Assembly (NCBI GenBank): GCA_013115145.1
Contig: JAAPAO010000104.1
Location: 1 to 64,000 of the forward strand
From: Perkinsus chesapeaki ATCC PRA-425
Taxonomy: Eukaryota > Protista > Perkinsozoa
DNA length: 64,000 nucleotides
Direction of reading: 5' to 3'
Made by a program: the position numbers and the translations under genes. Of this stretch, positions 49,601-63,169 are shown in pieces. A model generated the notes under the pieces. The model saw only the letters and a program-made list of their open reading frames with translations, was not told where the DNA came from and ran no database searches. The first letter of the stretch is position 1, and every line of letters begins with the position of its first letter.

Positions 49601-52600
49601 ATCTATCCAAGTGCTTCGACGCTATGAATCGCGTTGTATTCGATGCCGACAAGACCAACCCGCCGGAGATAACACATTTTAGTGACATCGCCGGCGAGAA
49701 GGTAGAGACGCGTCTCCTAGATTCACGGAACATCCGTCCTGGCAGGTGCCCAACTCCGTTCCGGTTAGAGCGGAAGGAGCGGTAGAGATCTGGTTGAATC
49801 ACATACTTGACCAGATGATACAAAGTTTGTACGATCTCACCAAGCGGAGCCTTGTGGAGTATCCTGAGGATGGCAGGTCGACTCGCTGCTAGGTGTTCAT
49901 CGAGGCATCATTCGTTCAAGGTACCGCCGAGACTGGCTATTCGGCGATTATCCAGCCCAGAGCGTGTTGCTTGTTGATATGATAAGCTGGACTTCCAAGT
50001 GCGAGAAGGTGCTGCCTCTTCCGTTACATTCTGTGCTGGAAATTAGCATGTAGGCCTTGGAAGTGGGGGAAGCTAAGAAGGGAGAGAATCCACTTGCGGA
50101 GTGCATCAAATACCACCAGGATCAACTGCAAGAATCGGTATGAAATCCCTGCTTTAGAGGATATCTTTCGGTGATGCTAGGTCGCGTATGTCCGCCAGGA
50201 CCTCAGTAAGCTGCAGAGGATCCTGATGGGAGCGCTCATTGTTCTTGATGTGCACAACATAACTGTGATAGAGCAGCTCCTGGCGGCGGACTGCAGGAGT
50301 GTAGATGATTTTGATTGGTCTAAGCAGCTGAGATATTACTGGGATACTAATGTACCGCTCTAAAGTGAGGGTGGAGAGAGGGGAAGTGTCGTTGGTCAGG
50401 TTGACGACTGTATGTGCCGGCAAACCATTTCTTCCTTCAAGTAGGATGGCAATGATGACGAGTCGGGCATTAGGCTGTCAGGTATTCGTATGAGTATTTG
50501 GGGAATGGCCCGAGGCTTGTTATTACCCCGCTGACTGACAAGTGCTATATGACCCTTACAGGCGCGCTTCATCTGAACTACGGTGGAGCTCCGGCTGGTC
50601 CCGCAGGTAGGTATCGAGCTAGATAGTGGAGTCGATGAAGAAGAGGCCTTCAGCTGCAACTAGGCGCGAGGAGAGGGAAATCCTACCGCTACGAACTTCG
50701 AAATGCCGACTATTTCATTGCGTATTCCAAATGTCTCCTCCACCATAATAGGTGTAAACTCACCGTTTGAAACAGTGCCTTTCGTATGTTAGTGATAGAC
50801 TAAATTGCCCATGGAGACATGGAGATAATCGTACTCAGGCACGGGTAAAACAGAGACCACTAAAGACCTGGGTAAAGCATTGGCAGTACAGTGTGTGGTA
50901 TTCAACTGCAGTGATGGACTTGATTACAAAATAATGGGAAGGTAGGTCTTGGGTAGCTGGTCTGTGTGTGAGACTCACACTATGAGTCTAATAGACTTGG
51001 TCTATAGTTCAACGTCGACGATTTCTAAGATAGACAATCCGCTTCATGACCGCTTCATTCCCTCGGGAGTGGTATAACTGCTTCATAGAGCTCCGTGATT
51101 TAATTCAGATTGTGTTCTTGTTGTTCATCTCATCGTGGATTGACTCTGGAAGTCCTGATTAATGCTAGCAAGGCTTCTATTTCAGTGGGAAGTTCCAGCC
51201 TGCCGTTTGTCTCAGGTTCTTCTCCGGACTGGCTCAAGCCGGAGCCTGGGCATGTTTTGACGAGTTCAACCGAATTCAGGTTAGCATTATTATGCAGCTC
51301 GATCGATATCTCTGGACAGGTTGAAGTACTCTCGGTCATCGCCCAACAGATGCTGACCATCACTCAAGCCATCAGATCCAAGAAGGCCGTCTTCGAATTC
51401 TCCGGCCGGGAGATTCCTCTCAATCCTCGATTCGGAGTTTTCATCACAATGAATCCGGGCTACGCAGGTAACCTGTGGCGCGTTAATTTCGTGGCGAGCG
51501 GTCTCAGGGCGAACGGAGCTTCCCGATAATCTGAAGTCTCTGTTTCGTCCAGTGGCGATGATGGTTCCCGACTACGCTCTGATTGCCGAGATCATTCTTT
51601 ATTCTGAGGGATTTGAAGCAGGATCGATGCTGGCTAGAAAGATGGTGAGATTTCGATCAGATTAAATTGGCGCAAATTGACGATTGACGCTCATTAGCGT
51701 AACTCCATTTAGTAGAGTCCATTATTGGTCGCGGAGCGTCATTCAAGACTCAACAGATTCAAGTCAACGTATTATGCAGCGTAGATTAACAAATATCTCA
51801 TTAGTACAACTCCATTATTAGCACCACAGTGTGACCTAAGGTCCAACTGTATCGCTTGGCGAGCGAGCAGCTGTCCAAACAAGATCATTACGACTTTGGA
51901 ATGAGGGCGGTGAAATCTGTATTGGTGATGGCCGGGCAACTTAAGAGAAGGTAATATGGTTCCAGGCGACCAGCTTGGATAGGGTGTTGATAAGATACCC
52001 TGAGCTCAATGAAGATGTGACACTGATTCGAGCGATGCGAGATTCCAACTTGCCCAAGTTCTTAAGCGCGGATCTGCCACTCTTTATGGGGATCATAAGC
52101 GATTTGTTTCCCGGCATTAAAGTAAGCCGCGGCGGCAGAAGTGATGGTGTGACCGCCTGCTCAGGTGCCGTACGTGGACTATGGGGCGCTGCAGAAGGAA
52201 ATTGAAGCGCAGCTCAGAAAGGAGCATTTGCAGGTCGTTGAAGGATACGTTGGCAAGATCATTCAACTGCTGGAGACACAGCTTGTTCGTCACGGTAAGA
52301 ACTTGACGGTTTCTGAAGGAAGTGTCGGTATGAGAATCAAGGTGTGATGGTTGTTGGTGTCACCGCTACTGGCAAGTCTACCTGCACAACAGTCCTGTCC
52401 CGGGCGCTGTCGCAGCTGAGAGCAGACAGGTCTCCGGATGCAGCCCATCAGTTGACTAAAGTGATGGCATTGAATCCAAAGAGTATCTCGATGGAAGAGC
52501 TTTATGGGAGTTTCAACGAGAACACTGGTAGCTTTACCTTCACCGCATTCGTGAAGCCGATCGGCCAGGCGAGTGGTCTGATGGACTGGTGGCAATTTTG

Positions 52601-55600
52601 GTGCGAGAGGCTCTCAGTGACACATCTGAAAATAAGAAATGGGTGCAGTTTGATGGTCCTGTGGATGCTATATGGATTGAGAATATGAACACTGTACGGT
52701 ATGGGCTGTAGGGTATGACAGGGCGGGTGAGATTTTATTAGGTGCTGGATGACAATAAGATGCTTTGTCTTAATAACGGAGAGCGTATTAAGCTTGCCCC
52801 TACAATGACAATGATGTTTGAGGTGACCCTGCGATCGAGAGGCAGCACCGCCTTGGTGCTTCTCGCTTCTAGGTTAATGATTTGGCAGTGGCTTCACCAG
52901 CGACTGTCTCCCGGTGCGGTATGGTTTTCATTGAACCTTTGCATCTTGGATGGAAGGCGCCGATCGACACGTGGAAGGAGGTCCCCCCTGCGTCCAGCAT
53001 CCCCGCTTCTTATCGGCTCCGTAGATCCGCTCTCAATCGTATCCGAAGTATGCCTCCAAGCTCCACGAGCTGGTGGTCTCCCTATGCCGTACAGCGCTCC
53101 CGTTCATCCGGGAGAATCTTAAAGAAGCGCCGGGCATTCCTAGCGTGGATGCCAATCTTTGCAAGTATCCTAGAGATTTCCGTGCGCTGCGACTCCAATT
53201 TTTCAGATCGTTTATGAACTTCTGCGATGCCTTCGTGAACGACAAAAACGGCTTTGAGAGAGTGAGTTTTGACCCTGCTCACTAAGCAGTGCTTAGGTCC
53301 TATCGGATTTATGTCCTTTTAGGTCATGCCATTGGAGCCCGGCCAAGAGGAGCCTACCATTAAGGCGGCGACGAGATCGGATGCCGCTAACGACAAACTC
53401 CTGAAGATGTTCGTGGTTATCTCGGCAGTGCGCAGTTTAGGCGGGAACCTTCACGAGGCCAGTCGGGGAGAGTTCCTGGTAAGATACCTATTGGGTTTGT
53501 GAAATAGCATAGTTGCTGAGTAGGACTTCATGCGGCCGTATTTCGAGGGTATCTGTCCGGAGGCTTCAGAGCATGGTGATTTATTCATGGTAGCTGTGAA
53601 CGCCGAAAAGGGTACCAATGGAACCGAAGCTGCTGCGGCTGCTGGAATGCAGAAAGATTTCGCAGGTTGCTTCGAGCCTATTGCAGAGCGAGTGCAGAAA
53701 TTCACGTACACCCCAGGAATGCCGTTCTTCAGCATTTTGGTACCTACGACGGAGTCTACGAGCCAGTTCATCACTCTGGACGCTCTGACTAGAAATGGAA
53801 CGAATGTGTTGTTTTCGGGTAAGCCGGGAGCTTCTAGTCTGACTTGAGGGCGAGTGCGACAGGCGAGACGGGTGTCGGAAAGTCAGTGGGAATCACAGCC
53901 TTCTTGGATGATCTCCTCAAAAGTGGGGAGGACAACGACGCGGAGTTGCGGTGAGATGGACACGGAAAGCTCAGCGGAAGCCGGAGGGTCCTTGTAGGTT
54001 CACAGTGGCCACGGCGAATTTCTCCGCACAAACCAGCAGCGGCAATGTTGTGGATATCTTCGAGACAAGGCTCGACAGGAAGCGAAAGAATCTTCTGGGA
54101 CCGCCGGCCGGTACCTTAACCCACTACAATTGCTCCGTTGAGTGTAGCTGCTGGTAGGGTCCAAGATGGTGCTCTTTGTTGACGACATTAACATGCCTCT
54201 CGTGGAGGTATACGGAGCTCAACCGCCTATTGAGCTACTGAGGCAGGTTGTCGACTACAAGGGATTCTATGACCGGTAGGAGGGCATGACGGAGTAAGGT
54301 GCTTTAGACTGGTGTAATAGGCGTAAGCTGTTCTGGAAGACTGTGGCCGACACTCAAGTTATTGCTGCCTGTGGGCCGCCGGGGGGAGGAAGAAACGCTG
54401 TCACGCCTCGCCTGCTGCGACATTTCTGTATGCAATGGATTCCGGATATCAGCAAAGATGCTATGGTTCTTATATTCGATAGCATACTTAACGGCTGGCT
54501 TATGGTAGTATCGCGGAACCCGAAAACCCAAAACCCGTTCTGTCAACAGTTGGAAGCACCGCACTTGGCGGAGTTGAGCGGCTTTGTGGTTCGGGCGACA
54601 GTCGACGCATTTTTCGAGATTTCGACGGACTTGCTGCCCACGCCAGTGAAGAGCCACTACACGTTCAATCTGCGAGATCCAGCGAAGATGCTGCAAGGTA
54701 AAGTATCAGAAAAGACACGCTTGTTGACGTGTTGACGGGAAAGTGAGCAGGCATGCTGATGGTGGACGGCACGAAGGTCCTCATCGGCAGAGACCAACTC
54801 TTGGAGTTATGGCTGCACGAGGCGACTAGACAGTTCCGCGACAGGTAGCTTCTTCGGCGGCTTTAGAGTAGCACGGTCTTCTGCCTTAGACTGATCGATG
54901 ATACCGACCGTCACTGGTTTGATGAACTGTTCAACAGGAAGCTCTCTGAGTGTTGTGGAGTTTCGTGGGAGATATCTCAATGGCGAGAGCTCATGTTTGG
55001 CGACTACCTGGATAGGAGCACCAACGCTTACACAGAGTGCCATGACTCGGACAAGCTTGTGACGGTATTCCAGGTGAGCTCACAGCTAGCGGTCAGAGGG
55101 GCTTGTTGGGGAAAGTTTTCATCGTATCAGGAGTATCTTGATGAGTATAATATAACCTATCCGTCGACAATGAACCTGATATTCTTCAGCGATGCAAGAG
55201 CGCATCTCTCGAGAGTGGCTCGAGTTATCAGACAACCGAGAGGTGAGCGAATTGTCCGTTGTATTGGAGGTAGCATGGAAGACTTACTAAGTGTTGTCTA
55301 CTCGTCCTGGCTGGAGGAAATAACATTCGGCTTCAATGAGCGTGCGCATTCTCGGTCGGAAGACTTGAAGTTCAACCGGAAATTGGGGGGGGATGTTTCA
55401 ACACGACTATCTTGCGAATCGAAACTTGCTTGAACTTACGTCCTTCCGCCAAAAGTAGAAATTAGATGCACTCCTTCCAGAAGCATCTGATATTCTTTTC
55501 TGACACCTTGGATCGCCAGGATTGATGCCCTCAGGAAACGCACTATTGGTCGGAGTGTCTGGGGTCGGGCGGAAAAGTATGACACGAATGGCAGCCTTCA

Positions 55601-58600
55601 TGGCGGAGTACTCGCTGGTGACAATTGAGATCACCCGAAGCTACGATTCAGCAGCCTTCAAGGAGGACCTAAAGGCGATGATGCTGAATGTGGGGGCGGC
55701 GGCGGGCATCAGCCAGTAGCAGACGGCTCGGTGGCAGGTTGCGAAGTCCGCGGGAAAAGGTTTGGTGTTTCTATTTTCCGACACGCAAATTGTCAAGGAG
55801 AACTTCCTCGAATACATCAATAACATCCTTAACACGGGAGAGGTCCCGAATCTCTTCGCTCCAGATGAACTAGAGCAGGTGAGATATGTCAGGGCTCAGG
55901 TCGTAGCTCAGCTTCGGGTCAGGTGATAGGACTGGTGAGACCGCTGGCCAAGGCGGCGGGGAAGCAGGATTCTCGAGATGTTATCTGGAGCCACTTTGTG
56001 TACCTGGTCAGAGAGAGCCTTCATATTGTGCTTGCATTTTCGCCTGTTGGGGAAGCATTCCGAGCACGGTGGGTCGACTAGGGGGTCATGCAGCTTCACT
56101 GCAAAGTCTTCTTTGGGGGTAGAAAAGTGTTTCGAGATATGCGATAGGAATTATGGTCCTAAGGCAAACAGAAGGATAAAGCGCATCCATTCTGGGAGCA
56201 CCCGATGTTCCTCTACGCCGGCAAGATTAATTACACGGCACTTCAGATGCCGACAATTCCCTTCCTTAATAAACTGCTGCACGATTGACTGGTTCATGCC
56301 TTGGCCAGAGGATGCACTCTACAGTGTGGCCGAGAGGTGGGGCCCTTCTAGGTAGGTAGTATGTCAAGTCGTGATTGCAGAAACTACAAGGACGCTGACA
56401 AGTCTCTTGGAATCGATAATTTTGTCGGGCCGCTGTCCAGCATGTCTGGGATAATTCACTCCTCTGTAAGCTGCTGGAAGTGCTTGGGGGTGGAGAGTTT
56501 TCGATTATTAGGTGACGTCAATGGCAGAGACATTTTTCACCACTTTAAGGCGGCGGACTTATATAACACCTACCAGCTACTTGGAGCTCATCAAACTATT
56601 CTTGAGCTTGCTGGAGGAGATACAAGGTTTGCAGGAGATGGAGGGGTGCGCGTGGAGCGTTGATGATGATCAGGAATATTGTCTACTCGATTGAAGCGCT
56701 ACACTGTGGGTGTTGAGAAACTCAATGAGACCAATGCCCTAGTTGATAAGCTGAAGCATGATTTGACTGAGATGCAGCCTGTGTTGAAGAAGGCTAGCGA
56801 GGACACAGCCGTGCTTATGGAGCAGGTGAGGATGTGGCAGGGGAATGAGGAAGTCGCTTTTCTGGACGATTTGATGCTTGCTTAGAACCATTTAACGTAT
56901 TATCGAAAGGGTTAAGTTTATTTGGGAGATGCTCGATATCTGTTTCGCATGAGATGTTTTCACCATGCATGCTGCGTGATGGGGATTCTCCGAATAGGAT
57001 CCTGAGTACTGTACGCAGGTTACTCGAGATGAAGCTGATGCTCAAGAGAAGAAGCTTGCCTGTGCCGAGGACGAGAAGGTACCTCTGCCCCCCCCTCCCA
57101 AACCGGATTCACAAACCGTCGATAGGCGGCATCAGCGGCAGCAGCTGAAGCGAACGCCATCAAGACGGAGTGCCAAGCTGACCTGGATGAGGCAATGCCG
57201 GCGTATCATAGCGCTATGAAAAGTTTGGAGTCGTTGGATAAGAAAGATATACAAGAGGTAGTAGCGTCGGTATCGCTACCGTGGTGCCGAGTAGGCTGTG
57301 GCTTAGGCAAAGTCATTCACGAAACCTCCAGCACTGGTAGAGGTAGTGCTTAAAGCTGTGTGTCTGTTACTTGGTAAGAGCGTCTGGCAGTTGGAGGGAA
57401 TATCGGATTTGTAGGGAAAAAGGAAACATGGGATGATGCGAAGAAGGTTATGGGAGATATGGGGTTCCTGCAGTCCTTGAAGACTTACGATAAGGACGCC
57501 TTGGCCAGCAACCAGAAACTTACGGCGAAGCTTCAAGTGGGGAGATATCTCAGCAGAGCTGCTGGAAATGGAGGGACGGTCTTTCCACTTAGACGTACAT
57601 CAGCCGTGATGACTTCAACGCAGAGAGCGTCTCTCGAGTGTCCAAGGCGGCAACGTCCTTGTGTATGTGGGTAATAGCGATGAACGTGTATGGAAGGGTG
57701 GCTAGAGGGATTGAACCGAAGAAAGCGAAGTTGGCAGAAGCTGAGAAAATGCTAGCAGACGCGGAGCACCAGTTGGCGACGAAGAAGGCGGCTTTAAAGG
57801 AGGTGGAGGATCGGGTTGAAGGACTGCGGGCGAAGCTTAGACAAGCGAAGGTAGATCGGCGCTTCCACTGGCTTGATAGGCAACGGAGAGAGCTCAGGAA
57901 AAAGCCCAGCAGCTGGAGAAGGATATGGAGATAGCCACTATAAAATTGGGGAGGGCGGAGAAGCTGCTGGCTGGCCTGGGCAATGAGTGAGTTGTAAGTC
58001 ACGGATTTGGTCATCGAGGTTGCGAAATGCAGGGCGGTGAGATGGAAGGATGCATCGGAGGAGCTCCAGCAGAATCTTAAGCAAGTAGTCGGTAACGTCA
58101 TCCTCGGCGGAGGATTCGTAGCGTAAGACGTGGCTTACTAGCCTTGAGAATGCAATGGCTACGATCAGATACCTAGGGCCGTTCACTGCTGACTTCCGGG
58201 AGAAGCTGGCGGGGAGTTGGATAGAGAAGTGCTCCAAAGACGGTATAGGCCTCGAAGTCGATCCTAGCTGGAGCTGCCAGGCTGTCCTCGGGGATCCTGC
58301 ACAGGTACGCTGCCGGTGAGGGGTGTAAATTTGGACGTCCGAATCAGATACGCGAATGGAATATTCAAGGACTGCCGAATGACAAACTGTCGGTTGAAAA
58401 TGGAATTATAGTGTCTCGTGGAAGACGGTGATCGAATTGATGTTACCATTGTGTCTGGTCGGAGTGGTGATTCAGGTGGCCACTGATGATCGACCCACAG
58501 GGACAAGCTAATAAGTGGATTAGGAACTTTGGGAAAACTAAAGATATTCAAGGTTGATCTGGCGTATTTCGGGTTTGCAATCGTACGAGTAGTTATCAAA

Positions 58601-61600
58601 CTAACCGATGCTACTTACCTCCGTACGCTTGAGAACGGCATTCGATATGGAAATGCTGTCCTACTTGAGAATGTCGAGGAAGTCTTGGATCCCGCGCTGG
58701 AGCCTGTGCTGTCGAAACAGGTGGGCTTTGAAGCAGTGGAAATTGTGGGCATGCGTCCTTGATAGGTGTTCAAGAAAGGCGGACAAAGTCTGATCCGTTT
58801 GGGAACTGAGGACGTGCCCTACTCCAACGACTTTGCCTTCTTCATCACGTCCAAGATGCCGAATCCGCATTATCTCCCGGAGATCTGCATTAAGGTGGAA
58901 ATCGAACTATCCCAGCCAGGCCAACTTCCCCTGCAGGTTACCGTTATCAACTTTACCGTTACACCCTCGGGACTGGAGTCCCAGCTAGTTTCAGAAGTCG
59001 TAGCTCATGAAAGGCCCGACTTAGAGCAGCAGAGGTAGGTAGAGTACTGTGTATCGCAGCTTGTAGTGGTCTGCCTTGTAGAGGAGAACTAGTGGTACAA
59101 ATTGCGGCCGATAAGAACGAGCTCAATCGTATCGAGCAGTTGATCCTAAAGCTTCTGGCTGAGAATGAGGTAAGCGAAGAAGAGCGTCGTTCGCAGGTGC
59201 GTATTTTTGGGTCAGGGAGATATATTGGCGGATGACACACTCATTAGAACGCTCGACCAATCTAAGGAAACAACGGACGCCGTGAACGAGCGAATGAGCA
59301 ATGCGGAGAAGACTATGCTTGAGATAGAGAAGGCACGAGTGGACTACACTCCAGTGGGGAGCAGAGGAAGCATCTTGTTAGCAATACCATCTCTTAGGAC
59401 ATCGTAGCACTGATAAGTGTCAGGTATTTTGTCGTGGCCGATATGTCAACTATAGATCCCATGTACCAGTATTCGCTGGAGTTCTTTGTGAACCTCTTCA
59501 AAGCAAGACTTGCAAAGTCAGAGAAGTCAGATGATATCCAGGCGAGAGTTTCTCTGATCATTGAAGATTTGACCATCTCTACGTAAGGCGGCACCGTCTT
59601 GGGCAGCGGGAGTGTCCCTATTAGGTATAATAATATTTGCAGAGGCTTGTTTGAGGACCATAAGCTGTTGTACTCCGCGCTGAATACGATACAAATCCTT
59701 CGGCATAAGAAACAGGCAGGGGGCTAGTATGGACAAAGCGACTAGGATTGGTCAGCTTTAGATTCCGCCACAAACCTGGCAGTTCTTCCAGATTGGTCTC
59801 GAGGCTCTTAGTGGCCTCGGAGATCTGGACTCGGTGAGGCCGCTGGGAACAAGCTCATTCGTCTGTTGTTTTGTGTTCAGGCCCTTACTGCCAATCCCTG
59901 CCCAGCGTGGTGCACGGCCGCCTCGTGGAGCAAGGTTGTCGCTTTAGTTTGCCTCGCAGAGCTCGCCGGGGCTCGAGATCTCGACGGCATTCTCCAACAC
60001 ATGAAGGAAACTCCCTCTGAATGGGAGAAGGTGTGTTATTATTGTTCATGGTAGCTACATCTGCTCGTATGCATGTAGTTCAATTCATCGGACCAAATGT
60101 ATGACGCACCTTTGCCGGGTGAACTAGAAGGCAAAGTTAGTAGCTTCCACAGGCTTTGTATCATCAAGGTTAGTTGCCACCTCCTGGGCCTATAGCTGAT
60201 TATCTAATTTTAGTCCCTGCGAGAGGATCTTTTGGTGCCAGCTACGCGAGTCTTTGTGGCCAAGAATATTGGGGAAGCCTTCGTTGTATCTCAAGCGTTG
60301 GATCTTAAGAGCTGCTTTGATGACTCCAACAGCTCTACACCGATTATTTTCGTCCTAAGCCCCGGTGCGGATCCCACCGAGTAGGGTGTGCCTCCATAAT
60401 ACAATTCGATTCGGAGGCTCTCCTCAGCAACGTCATCAAGTTGGCCGCTTCCCTCGGCTACACGGACCGTCTGCATATGTTGTCACTCGGCCAAGGACAA
60501 GGGCCAAAAGCTGAGGCTCTGATCGATCGAGCTAGAGAGAAGGGTAATGTGATACTCATTGCCTGTCTCAGTGAACTGGTTTATTTAAGGCGACTGGGTT
60601 ATGCTGCAAAACTGCCATCTAGCTGCTTCTTGGATGACGTCTCTGGAGCAAATACAGGTTGATAATGTGAAGCTGGAGAGGGCTAATTGCAGTGTTAGGC
60701 TCAATTGGACCTGAATACGGTCAGCCGTTCATACCGTCTCTGGTTGACTTCGATGCCAAGCAAAGCATTCCCCGTCCCAGTGCTGCAGGCTGGCATAAAA
60801 ATAACAAATGAACCTCCAAAGGGTCTCAAGGCAAACCTGACAAGAAGCTTCCAGAACATCACAGAGGAGCTGTTCGAGGGAAACACCAAACCGAGAGCCT
60901 TCAAGAAGCTTCTGTTCTCGCTGGCCTTTTTCCATGCTGTTATTTTGGAACGTCGAAAATTTGGACCTATTGGTTGGAATATCCCATACGAGTGGATGGA
61001 TTCGGACTTCCAAGTAGCGCCGTTGAGGGATGCGACATTTTTTCGATCTCTAACTATTGCAGGTCTCTACGGAACAACTGGACATGTATCTGAACGGTCA
61101 GCCAGGAGTGCCTTTGAAGACTCTCAGCTATCTTGTCGCTGAGGTTAACTATGGTAAACAAGCCTCTATCGTTTTCAGCTTGAAGGTTTTGATGTAGGTG
61201 GTAGAGTAACTGACGATAAGGATGTCCGTTTGATAACAGCGATACTCGCCAGCTTCTTCCGTACCGAAACAGTAGAGGAGAGCAAGTAAATTATTGTCAC
61301 TCGAGTACCTGCCACTCAATCCTTACCTTCTCAGTTCTTAGTACCAGCTCAGTTGTTGATTGTCAGTTATCGTTTCTCGGCGGCGGAGATGTATTATGCC
61401 CCCGATGCTTCAGACTTAACTGATCTCAGAAAGTATATTGGAGGGCTTCCTCAAGATGAAGACCCTATTGTAAGGAGTGCATGAGCTTGCCAGCTGTTTG
61501 ACATTCGTGTAACAGGTCTTCGGGTTACACTCCAACGCCCTCATTACAGCGCAAATCAGCCAGGCGAGGAAGTTGCTGGACGCCATAGTGTCCGTTCAAC

Positions 61601-62765
61601 CACAGCTTAGTGCGAGTGATGGAGGCTTAACACCAGAGGATATCGTCTCTAATATGGTCCATTCGTATCTTGATCTTTAATCGTTATAGTATCTGACAGG
61701 TGACGGAGTTCGCGGAGCGCATGCCGGAGGAGATCTCAAAGGCTGGTGGTCATGAGCTGAGTTTCGCCAAGGAGGAGTCCGGCAGGACAATTTCACTTGG
61801 TGTCTTTCTAGAACAAGAGATTGACAGGCAACGGGGGGCTTCACCAATGGAATACGTTCTTGAACATCAGATTCAATTTACTTGTTCGAACTGTGAGAAC
61901 GAGCCTGGCGGCCTTGGAAAAGGCAATCAAAGGACTTATAGTCATGTCCTCGGACTTGGAAGAAATGTCCGCTATACCATTTGATCCTCTCTCGACTCTC
62001 TTACAGGTTCAAAAGCTTCCTTATACAGCGAGTTCCGGGGAAGTGGGCATCTGTTGCCTATCCTTGTCTGAAGCCTCTGAACTCCTGGGTGGGCGACTTC
62101 ATTCAAAGAGTGGAGTTTATGAAGAATTGGACCTATGGAGGGCCGCCGGCCAGCTTCTGGCTGCCCGCATTCTTTTTCCCTCAGGGGTTCATGACAGCCG
62201 GCATGCAAGTAGATATCTCCATTGCTTCTGAATTGCTTAGCTGATTTTGTCAGATGCATGCACGAGCCCACAAGATTCCGATCGACTCTTTGATGTTCGA
62301 GACCGTTGTTCTCACACATTCAACACCCGAAGGGCTGCCTGCACACCCGGAAAATGGTGTAAATATTCACGGTCTATTTCTCCAGGTAACCCCATGTATT
62401 TAAGTAACTACGAGTGTGTTTATCTCATAGGGAGCTGGATGGAATCTCGGTGAAGGGTGTCTTCAAGAATCGGCGCCTACAGTTCTTTTTGTGTCGCTGC
62501 CGGTTATATGGCTCCGTCCTATATTAAGCGGAGAAGCAGTGGAATCAAGCGAGAAGTATCTATGTCCTCTATACAAGACATCAGTCCGCGCGGGGACTCT
62601 ATCCACCACAGGACACTCTACCAATTTCATCATGTGAACCCACTGCGGACCGCTCCTTTCACACTGAGTTCTTTTGGTAGGTATTTGAGTATTAATGGAA
62701 GCAAAGAATCACCGGCACATTGGGTTCGCCGAGGAGTGGCTATTCTGTGCATGTTGGATGATTAG
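43636..62765 (+). CDS. DNAH6: Axonemal dynein heavy chain, DNAH6-like (single-headed inner-arm type), many short introns; start approximate
   Basis: [16 protein letters not shown]1 GGAPAGPA|[45 protein letters not shown] (DNAH6-like), P-loops [16 protein letters not shown] and GVSGVGRKS, stalk coiled coil, [16 protein letters not shown], and C-terminal [15 protein letters not shown]. Confidence 0.95.
49286..49373. repeat. 25-nt minisatellite, ~3.5 copies, in a dynein intron
   Basis: Unit TTTTCGGGTTTTCT(A/T)CTTATCCGGG. Confidence 0.93.
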
Positions 62766-63169
62766 TGTCTCAATATATTTCATATTTGTGTCGATTTATA
62801 TGGTTTCGTAGTGGCCAGAAAAGAGCCTCATAAATGACAAGGAACACGAAGCAGCAGCACGGGCAGAATATTAACGGACAAGAAACGCAACTGATTTCGC
62901 TAAGGGAACAACAACAGCACAGCAGCATGACATGGAATAACGATAAAAATGACATCTTCTTTCTTCTTTAATATATGAACCACAGCAATTTCTTTTTTAT
63001 CTTTTATGTAATTATTAAAATAACATCTTTTTTAATTCTCAGAATATAAGCTTACTTCATAATAATACGATGAACATTTGATAAACAATGCAACTGGTCA
63101 ACAGCATACACCACACGCTGAGCAAGAGACTTCATCAGCTCATGATCCACGATATATATCTATTCGGCA

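Noticed and set aside
43636-62765. The many short ORFs on both strands across the dynein locus as separate genes
   Set aside because: They are exon fragments with intron read-through, or antisense shadows of one dynein heavy-chain gene.
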